IMG/VR virus record: IMGVR_UViG_3300002068_000001
Origin: an uncultured virus (IMG/VR IMGVR_UViG_3300002068_000001)
Taxonomy: Duplodnaviria; Heunggongvirae; Uroviricota; Caudoviricetes; Crassvirales
DNA: 64,000 nt
Strand: one strand, 5' to 3'
Part shown: one piece after another, positions 23,786-35,700 of the stretch
Position numbering within the stretch: position 1 is the first letter of the stretch
Layout of the letters: every line of letters begins with the position of its first letter
The notes under the pieces: generated by a model
Told to the model about the DNA's origin: nothing
Database searches by the model: none
What the model saw: only the letters and a program-made list of their open reading frames with translations
Program-made: the position numbers and the translations under genes

Positions 23786-26700
23786 ATGGCAATACAAGTA
23801 GCAAATTTTAAAACAATAGGAATGTAGAGGGATACTTCTGAATCAGCATTTGATTCTAAGTTTGCCTTTGAAAATATGAATATGCGTATTACTGCTAAAG
23901 ATAGTAATACATTTTTAAGTCTCACTAATGAGAAGGGTACTTAGGTTATAACTACAACAGGTATAACAAGTATTCTAGGTTATCCTATAGGTTATTGTGT
24001 AATGAATGATACATTAGTACTCTTTACAACTTTAAATCTTACAGGAACCACTACATACAACACAGATAGAATATATGCTATCACTAATACTTCAACTACA
24101 AATACATTACACGTTGATGAATTATTTGTTGGTACATTAAGTTTTGATGTAACTCATCCTATAGAAACCATTCCATTCTACGAGAATGAAAACATTCAAA
24201 AGGTTTATTGGACTGATGCAAAAAATCAAATGCGATTCATCAACATTAAATCAACCGAGACTTTTACAAACAAATCTTTTGACTATGTTCCTACAATGCA
24301 ACTAAAGGAAGTGGTTAGTATTACTAAATAGAATTCTGGTGGAACATTTCCTGCTGGAGTGATTCAGTATGCCTTTTCATATATAAACAATTATGGAGTA
24401 GAAAGCGCAATATTTCATACAACTCCTTTGTACTACTTATCTAACACTACTACAGGAGAACCTGCAGATGGTACAGTAACTAATAGTTTTGATATATCAT
24501 TAACTGGATTAGATACAACTTTTGACAAGGTTAGAATTTATTCAATTACAAGAACTTCTGTTAATGGAACTCCTATAATTAAAAAAGTAGTAGATTTAAA
24601 TGTAAGTGAAATAGTTATTTATACTGCAGAATTAAATAGTACCTACATGGGTTTTGAAGGGATGACTTTAAGTATTCCTAATTTAACAAATGTAACAATA
24701 ACAGATACTGATACATCTACAGTATTAACACCATCAGAAGCTTTTGGGGTTGATTATCTGATTGGTAAAAATTTATTATTAGAATATGATGAAGCTACTC
24801 CTTTACACATAGATTTAGAAGTAGGTGGGGTAACTTATAATTTAGAATTACTAAAATGTCAAATTATATTAGGTTGTGATTATGGTACTACAGGTGGTGT
24901 AGCTGCAACAAGTGTGTTAGTTGGAAATACTGTAACGTTAACTTCTGTAAATAGATTAAACGTCTTAATAAATGAGTGGACGATTATAACACCAGGAGAA
25001 TATGCTTCTGTTGATTTAACCAATAATGCTGGTATAACAGTAACTGCAAATACTGTAGGAGCATCTGGTGATTATATTACCTTTCGTATTGATTCAGTAA
25101 CTGTAGGAGAACGTAATATTACTGTAAATAGTGGTACTCAAGTAGTTGTAAATTTACAAACAGGTGATACGAGTACCACATTAATATCTTTAGTCACTGG
25201 AGATACTGAAGCTAATGCTTTAATTACTGTTACTGGAACTCTTTCTGTTTTTAATATTGAACCAACACGTTATTTAAATGGTGGTATTGATGAACTTGCA
25301 AATTATGTAAGTATTATAAACCCAACACCAGAGGCTGCAGAAGAATCAAGTTTGAAATTTACAAATTTGACTTCTCATACACATTATGGAGTAATTACTT
25401 TAGGTAATTTGGAAGTTCCTATTAGTTTAGTTAGTATAAAAAGTAGAACCAATGTTATTACTGATAGAATTAGAGTTTATGGACCATATACTTTAGAAAG
25501 AGGTTTATCTAATTCTGTTATAACAAATATTACAATTGACCAATTTATAGAATATTGCCCGTATGAAATGAATTATCCTACTTTAACAGGAGGATTTCAG
25601 ATTCTGGGCAATACTATTGTACAAGGAAATACTCAATTAAATCCTTTGGTAAAATATTATACATACGATTACGTTCCTGATTTTGGCGCAAACATTACAG
25701 ATACTAATTATTTGGGAGAAACACAAACTTCTACAGGACTGTTGTATACAGGGGGAGAAAAAATAATTGCAGAAACACTTACTCAAAAAGATAATACACT
25801 CTTTTTAGGTAATATTGAATTGGTAAGAGATACTGCTGGAGATATTGTTGTAAGTGGAGTAACAATCAAAGATACTTTAGGAACTGGTCTTATTAATGAT
25901 ATTACCTTTTCTGAAAAATCATTAGCGTCTGGGACTCAAAATACAATTGTAAATAATACATCTCATTATCCATACGAACCATCCCGAACATTAAAATCTG
26001 ATGACTTTAGTGCTAAGACGTTTAAGTATGGTGAATACTATAGATTTGGAATTCAATTTCAACATGAAACTGGTAAGTGGTCTGAAGCCATTTGGATTAC
26101 TGATAAATAGAATACTGTATTACCTTAGACTACTAAAACAGGAACTACCAATTTTAATATTGAAATTAAAGGATCTAAAGCAACTTATACATTAGGTACT
26201 AGTATTATAAGTGGTTTAGTATCAATGGGTTATAAGAGAGCAAGAGGATTAGTTGTGTATCCAAATATAAATGAACGAAGAGTTATTGCTTAGGGAATTT
26301 TAAATCCAACAGTTTATTAGATTAAAGACAGACTTGCAAATACACCTAATGTTTAGTCTTCTTGGTTTCTTAGACCAATGAAACCCACAGCATTTGATGT
26401 AACTGGAGATTCACATTTAGCTAGTTTAGAAGGTGGTATAGTAGAATTTAGACCTAATAAATCTATTTCTGGTACAAAATATGTAAGTGGTATAGGAGTA
26501 ATGTCAAGGGGTGGTGAAATAGAAAGTTTTAATACATCTAATATTACAGAAAATCCTCCAGTAACAAATACACCGTTTGATGCATTTTTACATTCAAGTG
26601 ATTCTTATAGAAACACTGCGAATAATATTAATACTTATTATGGAGATACATATATAATCGATGGTGCTACACTTTCTTTTAATTCTCCTGAAATTGAATT

Positions 26701-29134
26701 TGATGAAAATTTATAGAATATTCCTTTAGATGGATTGAGTGCTAATATAATTGGTCTTACACATTTAACTGGATTTGTTTCAGAAGTTAGTGTAACTCCA
26801 ACAAATGCTTATAGTCCTAATGCTATTGGATTTTATAATCCTGGAATAAAAGTATTTAATTGTAATGCGTCAACTGGTATTAATACATTAGCTGCTACTC
26901 CACTATGGTATGATAGTGTTACAAGTGCTGCTTATGGTAATTTTGTAGTATTTCCTTGGCAAGCATCTCGTGCATTTAATGATTTACCTAATACTACTGC
27001 AGGAGCACCTATAATGACTTCTAAACATAGTTCTAATTTAAGATTTTCTGCATTAAATACTTATTTTACCCCTTACGCATTTACAGATGGAATTACTACA
27101 CCTAAAATATTTAGTTCTAATTAGAATGAAATTTTAACTATTGACTCACCTTTGAATTCAGGATTAACTGATTTTCTATATATGGGAAATGTTGATAAAA
27201 TTATTCAACCAAATAGAAATTTAACCAATACTAATAGAACTTTATTTAAATTTGTGGTTGGTTCAAGTTTATCTAATTATGATTCTGCTACTCAGACTGG
27301 TGTTATGGTTCAAAGAGTTATTGGTGCAGATAGTGTAAATAATACAACATTAATTAAATATAAATGTGCACCCCATGCAATATTCAGTATTAACCAACCA
27401 AATACTACTACTATAAGAGTTTTACCTTCATTGAACGATGTAAATAAAGCTGTTACAGGAACAGGATTAGTGTATAATACAAATATCACATCTGTTGCTC
27501 AACAAAACATTAATGTAACTCCTAATTCTACAAATTATGGTGGTGGAGTATGGTTAGCGGATTTAACTAGACCTATAAATGTCGATACAATATTTGGTGG
27601 TAAAACCGATTCTGCATTTGAAAATAACTTATGGGAAGTTGGTGGATTAGCTGTATCTTTAGTAAATGAAAGTGGTGTAGCATTATCAACTCCTGTTGAT
27701 GTTGTATTTACATCTGGTGATACTTATATTCAAAGACATGATTGTATTAGGACTTATCCATATAGTGTTGATGATGTATAGACCATGACTGAGATTGTAT
27801 CCTTTTTATGTGAGACTAGAATTAATCTAGATGCCAGAACTGATACAAATAGAGGCAGAACTGATAATAGATTCATCACTCCTTTAAATACAAATTTATT
27901 AAACCCGATATACAGTCAAAAGGATAATTACTTTGTCTATAGAGGATTGAATTATGAGATGTTCTCATTAGATAACTTTCCAAACACATTCACCTGGACT
28001 TCTAAAAAAATTGCAGGTGAATTGACAGATACATGGACTAAAGTAGATATGATTAACACATATGATGCTAATGGTAAGTATGGTCCTATAACGGCACTAA
28101 GATCATTTAATAACGAGTTAGTAGGATTCTAGGATAAGGGATTGTTTAAGATACTTTACAATAGTAGAGTACAGGTGAATGCATCTGATGGAGTCCCAAT
28201 TGAATTTGCTAATAGTGGTCAAGTAGATGGAATTAGATATATCTCCTCTAACGTAGGCACATCTAATAAATATAGTATCGTTGAAACACCAAATGGATTA
28301 TACTTTATTGATGATATTAACAAATCAATCAATCTTATAAATGATTAGATAACTAATTTATCAGATAAACTTGGATTCAGATCTTGGAGTAATACTTATT
28401 TTACAGGACTAAGTGCTTGGAATCCTTATACTTATAAGAATTTTACAGGACACTACGATAGTGTAAATAAAGATGTTTACTTTGTTGGTGAAACAAAAGC
28501 ATTGTGTTTCTCTGAATTGATAGGATAGTTTACTTCATTCTTCAACTATGAAAAAACTCCATATATTGTAAATCTGTGGGATGGGTTATATTCGATTAGA
28601 AGAGATTTAACTAATACTGTTACTAAATTGTGGAAACACAATGCAGGAACTTACAATTAGTTCTATGACAATATAGAACCTAGTCCTTTTTATACAACAT
28701 TTGTAGTCAATCCAAACCCAACTCTAAATAAAGTATTTAATACTGTAGAATTTAGAGCAGATAGTTGGAGTACAGCAAATCCTAAAGTTCTTTAGAGGAA
28801 TGTAGACTTTGGTAAATTGTCGGTTTGGAATGAGTATTAGTTAGGAGATCATACATTTGTAGTACATAATGGAATACCTTCTAATTTAAAAGAGAAGTTT
28901 AGAGCATGGAGAACTCCTGTTCCTAGAGTTAAATCAATTGTGTATCCATCTGTAGCATCTCCAAATCAAGATGATGGTGGTACACCAAATCCAAATCAAC
29001 ATGGTGTTGCAAATGGTTTATCTGCTGGTTTAGACAGACTTAGAGGTAATTGGGCATACATGCAATTATGGTCTAGTGGTGCTAATAACTATGAAACTGT
29101 ACTACATGATATAAATGTATATTACAATGTATAA
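23786..29134 (+). CDS. Tail stabilisation/muzzle protein (1782 aa, TAG=Gln) with large internal insertion
   Basis: Eight same-frame fragments; GMQRDTSESAF...AFENMNMRI, FKYGEYYRFGIQF, GDTYIQRHDC, DRLRGNWAYMQL. Confidence 0.85.
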
Positions 29135-29173
29135 AGATTTTAATTACACATTGTTATTATTTTACATAAGTAC

Positions 29174-29204
29174 TTGTATAATTAAATAATTTATTTTATC
29201 TTTG
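29174..29204 (+). promoter_or_regulatory. Bacteroidota sigmaA-type promoter for cargo/RNAP operon
   Basis: TTG-N20-TATCTTTG. Confidence 0.65.
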
Positions 29205-29221
29205 TATATAATTAATTTGTT

Positions 29222-30937
29222 ATGACAACAAAAAGAAAACATATAAGAAAATCAAAGTCTAATTGCTTTGATTTAGGTGGTGGTATTGCAGGTGCATTAG
29301 GTGGAGTTTCTAGTCTATTCGGATAGGGGATTAACAACCTTAATGTGCCAACCACACAAAATAGTAAAATCAATGCATTGACTAATGAATAGTTAATGAG
29401 TTAGATGTAGAATTATAAACCTATTGAATTCCAATAGGCTAATGTAGGTGGATAGGCTTTAAGTGGTTTAGCTTCAGGGGCAAGTGCTGGAATGGCACTA
29501 GGCCCTTGGGGTGCTGCCATAGGTGGACTCATAGGGGGTCTATCTGGTGGGATTACTTCTATGATAGGAAATGATAAGAAACAACAATAGGAACAACTAT
29601 TAAAAACTCAATAGATGAGAGCATTTAGTACTCAAGCAAATACTATAGGATAGAATTCATTTAATAATTCATTAGCACAATCTTTAGGATTAGGCGGTAA
29701 ACTCTATGACTAGGGTGGAAACTTATACTCAGACCTACCCAATCAAGCTACTCACGGTGGCGAATTTGGCAATGGTGGAATTGAAATCAATACTGGTGGA
29801 ACACATGAATAGAATCCTCTTGGTGGTATACCAATGGGAATGGGATAGAATGGTAAACCTAATCTTGTAGAAGAAGGTGAATTCAAATTCAAGGACTACA
29901 TCTTTAGCAACAGACTCAAGTTTGACAAAGACACCACATTTGCAGAATAGGCTAAAAAGGATTCTAAGGAGTCATCTGAAAGACCTAATGATCCAATTAG
30001 TAAAAATGGGTTGGATAAGAGTATGAGTAAGTTGTAGGAGGATTAGGAAAAAAAGAAACAGACATCTGGTAAATAGGATGGAAATAGTTTTGCATGGGGA
30101 ACTCCTCCTAGTGGATTGTTTGGTGTGATGCCTTATACTAATCAAGTAAATGGTAATCGTAACAATCCTTATGAACAAACTAATACACCATAGAGTTTAA
30201 TAGTTGGTGGAGTAAATATGAATGCAATTGTTAATGGAACTAATCCATAGGCCAATCCTGTAGAATCAAAAGGTTTAACTCAAGATAACCTATTAAGATA
30301 TGCTCCGATAGTTGCATCTGGATTAGCAAGTCTAACTGATGCATTAGGAGTAACTAATAAACCTGATTATGAATCTGTACAAGATTTATAGGGATTGGAT
30401 TCATTGAATGTTAAAGGATCAAAATTGAGTGATTTTGTAAATTACAAACCCTTGGATACCAACTACTTGACTAATCAACTAGGAGCTAATGCTGCTGGTA
30501 CTAGACAAGGTATGAGAAACATATCTGGTGGTAATAGAGCTACTTACATGGCTGGATTGTTAGGAGCAGATGCTTCATACAACCAAGGCTTAGGTCAATT
30601 GGGTAGATAGGCTGCTGAATACAATCAAGGATAGAAAATGCAAGTAGCTGATTTCAATAGAGGTACTAACCAATTCAATGCTCAATAGAGTAATTGGGAA
30701 TAGGGGATTAATACTCAATTGAAAGAAGGCTCTATCAAAATGAAAACACAACTTAAAGCTGCAGCTAGACAAGAATCTAGAGGAGCTAAAATGAATAACT
30801 TAAACACATTTGTAGAAGGTCTAGGAGACTTTGGTAAAGAAAAAGATCAATAGGCTATGATTAACTGGATGATCTCTAAGAGATTGTTTGGTACAGTCAA
30901 AGCAAATGGTGGTAAACTAAATACTAAGAAGAAATAA
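29222..30937 (+). CDS. Virion cargo/ejection protein 1 (gp45-like; glycine-zipper TM region), TAG=Gln
   Basis: GASAGMALGPWGAAIGGLIGG; GGTHEQNPLGGIPMG...PNLVEEGE. Confidence 0.8.
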
Positions 30938-30938
30938 T

Positions 30939-32702
30939 ATGGCAGCAAATTATCTAACAATAGGTGCTAAATTTAAACCGTACTCCTTTGAAGAAATGCT
31001 TAGACCTTATATGATGTATGGTCAAGCCTACAAAGAGTAGGAAATGGGTTTAGACGATTTAGCAAATAAATCTAGTATTTGGGAAGGATTAACTAATAAC
31101 AATACAGATCCAATTGCTCATGCTGCTTATGAGAAATATGCAAATGATGTAAATGCACAATCTGCTCAACTAAGTAAAGAGGGATTGAATGCAACTAATA
31201 GACAACAACTCTCATAGCTTAAACAAAGGTATGGTCAAGAGATTGTACCTATTGAATAGGCTTATGCATAGAGGAAACAATTAATGGATGAAGATAAGAA
31301 GATGCGTCAATAGGCTACTCTAAGTGGTTCTGCATTGTATTCAAATATATCTAATCTATAGAATATGTCTTTAGATGAAATCATGAAGAATCCAAATATT
31401 GCTCCACAATATGAAACATAGGCAAGTCGTATTGCTAATTCTGCAAAAATGACTTAGTCATTCGCTAAATAGGAAAATGGATCTAGTAAGTGGGAAACTA
31501 CTGCAGGTGGTCAATTAATGGAACGTAAGACTTCTATGGGACTAACACAAAAGGAACTTATAGATGCTGCTAATGGTAAATCTACTACTAGAGTAGAGAA
31601 CCTAATTCAATAGGCTATGACTGCTTCTGCTTCTAACAAATGGGATAATGTTGATAAAGGCCAATTAAGAAGTGATGTGATTCAAGGATTGTATGCAGGT
31701 GTTGGAGATACCAGAAATGAAGTACAACGAAATGAAAATTACATGGATCCATTAAAATAGATGGAATATAAATATAAGCAAGCTCAAATAAATGCTTTAC
31801 ATGCTCCTTCTCCAATAGATTTACCTTATATTCCCATACCTAAAACAGGTATAGATCCTACTGTAGATAGAACAGGTGTAACAAAAGAAAGAGATTTCTT
31901 GAATAAAGTATTAGGTAATCCTGACTTTTTAAATACAAATATAGATAGTACTAAAAAATATAAGATGGATGAAAGAACTAAATTTATGTAGGATTGGGCA
32001 TAGAAGTCTCCTTCAGCATATGGCTAGGATGATCCTACCCTTGCTGGTAGAACACAAAAATGGGAGCAACATAAAACTGATAGATTGAATGATACAACTG
32101 TTCCTACTAATAAAATAGCTCAACAGAATCAACAAGAATTAAAAGGGTTAATGCAAAAATATGGTGTTAATTCTATATAGGATTTGGCATCAAAAGTACA
32201 TAATGCAGAATAGAGTACGGCTTTTGTAAGAAATAATTATCAATTTGAACTAAAAGACAACGATGTTGCTTTTACTAAAATTAAAGATAGATTTAATTCT
32301 TACTACGGAGCTAATGGAAACACAGGTATTTGGAAAGTAAATGGAAGTGGTGGTTTATCTAAAAGTACAATTAGTCAAGGAGATATGGATAAGATGTTTG
32401 ATAAAACAAAAGGAGTACCTACTATAGTACATAACACAGATAATGATACATATGAATTTGTTAAGAATGGAGACAAATATGCATTTGATGTCAATGTTAT
32501 TGATCCAAGTGGTAATATAAATTCAAACTTATCTGTCCTAAAGAAAATAAATCCTGTTACAAATAATATACTTGAGTCAAATCAATTTGATTATGCCTCT
32601 CAGCAATATACTAAAGTAGCACAAAATATGAATCTACACTTCGGTGAATTACTTAGGAATTTTCCTAAGACAGACGATAGTAGTTCAGATTTAAAACAAT
32701 AA
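30939..32702 (+). CDS. Virion cargo protein 2 (gp46-like), TAG=Gln
   Basis: MAANYLTIGAKFKPYSFEEMLRP; fragments 31761 and 32385 in frame. Confidence 0.78.
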
Positions 32703-32708
32703 TTAAAA

Positions 32709-35700
32709 ATGAGTAATACAGCAGCAATTAATAATATTGAAAAAACAAATTAGAATAGTGGAGTTGGATTAAATGCAGATTTGGAGCAATAGAAAGCACT
32801 TGCTGATTTTAAAAGCAATCTTGATAATATTGTTAATTCTACTCGATTAGTTTCTACTAATAAAAACCAACTTAGTAATATAAGGAGTACAGATACTTTA
32901 AATACACCTTTTCAAAGAAATATTGGAGATTTAGATGTTGGTGAAAGCAGATATGATTCTGGTATAACCAGTGAACAATAGGTTAATAATTTAAATGAAT
33001 CCAGAGCAGAACTTCAACCTTGGTATGATAAGATAGGTGCAGGTGCCATTAAAGGCACCTCACTTGCTGCTACAACCTTTGCAGATACATTTGCTGGAAC
33101 AATTGCAGGGTTAATTAAAGGGGTATCAGAAGCAGGAAATGGAGACAATTGGAAGGGTGTTTTAGACAATCCTATAACTAATGGTTGGGATAATCCAATT
33201 ACTTAGGGATTCAATAAATGGAATAATGGATTAGAGAAACTCTTACCTAATTACTATACAGCATAGGAAACTAAAAATAGAGAGAATGGTGAGTGGTGGA
33301 AAAATGTATTTACCGTTAATTTCATTGGTGATGTACTCCTAAAGAACACTGGATTTATGGTTGGTGCTGCATTGAGTGGTAAGGTTGTAGCAGGTGCTGC
33401 AGAAGGTCTTATGAAACTGGGTGAAGCAAGGAAACTATACGAAGGTTATTCTGTAATTGCATAGGATGGTAAAAAAGCTGAGAGTTTAGCTGAGAAGTTA
33501 AAAATGGTTGCTACTGGAGATGCTACTATAGATGGTAAAGCAATTGCACAAGATGCTTTAGATGCTGCTAAGAAATTAAGAACTGCTAATCAGTAGTTAA
33601 AAATAATTGGTGCTACTGCAGGAGCTATGGGTGAAGCTAGACTTGAAGCTGTAAACAACTCAACCTAGTTTGCTTAGAATTTAACTAATCAATTAAATCA
33701 ATCTATTCCTCAATTAGAAGATGATGAATTTAAAAAGATTGCACAAGAGAATCCAGAAGCATTTGATGACAATGGTAATTTAACTCCAGAGGGTCAACAG
33801 GCTCTAAATCAACGAATTGAAAAGAGATATACTGATGGATTAGCTAAGATAGAAGAATAGAGAACTAAATATGGTAACAGAGATTTTTTAACTAACTTAC
33901 CTCTATTAACTCTATCAGACTATGTATAGTTTGGTAGAAGTTATGCAGGTGGATATAAGAATATTGCTAGAGATGTAAACATAGCAGATAAGATAGTTGA
34001 TGGAGTTAAGACTGGTTATGAAGCAGTTAAACCGTCACTACTTAAAAAAGCATGGGCTATTAGTAAACCATTTTTAACTGAAGGTGTATATGAGGAAATG
34101 GGTTAGTCAACTATATCTAATACACTTAACCAATACTATGGTGCTGAATTAAATAGTTTTATGGGACACTAGATTGATCCCAATGCTAACAAGGAATCTG
34201 TTGGATGGTTAAATGCAATTGGTCAAGGTGCTAAACAAGAATATGGTACAATGGCTGGTTGGGAAGATGGTTTTGTTGGTGGTATTATGGGAGGTTTTGG
34301 TATTCCTATGAGAGGTGGAGAAGTACACATTGATAAAAATGGTAAAGCAACTCACCCCATTATAATGAATGGGTCTATTGGTGAAGTAAGAGAGCTCAAT
34401 GAGAATTATAAAGACAACCAAATATTAGCAGAAGAATTAAACAAAAGATTTCAAGATCCTAAATTTTAGGAATATCGTAAAGCGGATGTTAGACGACGTA
34501 GTATTGATGCGGATAAAGAAACTGCATTAGATGCTAAAGATGAATTTGAATTCAAAAATGCTGAACATTCTCTACTTATCAGTGATGCCATATTATTTGA
34601 TAAAACTGGTAAGATATAGGATTTATATGATCATGTAGACATGTCTAATCTTAGTGATGAAGATATTACTAAAGTTAGATAGGATTTAATGTCTGATAAA
34701 AAAACTACAATTCCTTATCAAAACAAAACAGATGATGAATTAAGAGAATATCTTAAACAATAGGGAGAAACCAATAAAAAAGCTATAGACAACTACAGAG
34801 AAATTGCTGATAATTTGGCAGTTAAATCTGGTGATACATTTAAAGGAGATGATTTATCTGAACTCGTGTGGATGCTTAGCAAAGTAGACAATTGGGAAGA
34901 TAGGTTTCATCAAGTTCATGGAGAGTTAAAAAAGAGTTTAGCACCTATTGTAAAGCAATTGAATGGTGGAACATACATTGATGCAGATGAAATAGAATCT
35001 CCTATTGATGAGGTTCTAAATCAATCTCCTGGAGATCTATTAGCTGCTCTATAGGATGAAGGGTCTAAGTTATAGGCTAAAGTCATTAGAGCTGCAGAAG
35101 TAAAAAAGAATAGACAAGAACGTGTAACTTAGACATCTGCTGGTAGAGTAATCAATTAGGAGTTGTAGTTAGATAATAAAACAGACAATAGAGGTTTACC
35201 TCAAGCAACTGCCAAATTGGAAAGACTTAAATTAGAGTTAGAATAGAATCTTAACAAACTAAAAGATGGTGATAAGATGATTGAATAGATTAATGATCTA
35301 TAGAGATTATCTATTGCTAGAATGTCATTCCTATAGAGATATAATGGATACATCGCTAACCCTGAACGCCTTAAATAGGACCAAAAGAAAGTAGTAGCTG
35401 AATCTAAAAAAGAATAGGTTAAAGTTGACAATGCAGAAATCAAAGATAAAAAGGATGTAGTTGATAAGTTGACTACTTATGAAGAGTATAAGAACTTCTT
35501 AAACACAACTTTTCCTGAAGGTAAGGAAGAAGATGCTAGAGAATTCAATAGTCAAATGGTTGCTGCTGGAAATCAATTTGCTATATAGCATAAGGATTTG
35601 AGCAAAAGTGTACTCAACTTATATGACAAAGTATAGAAATCAAAAGTGTCTACTGATGTTAAAGAGGGGGTTAATCAAGTTATTACTAATTTGATACCAC

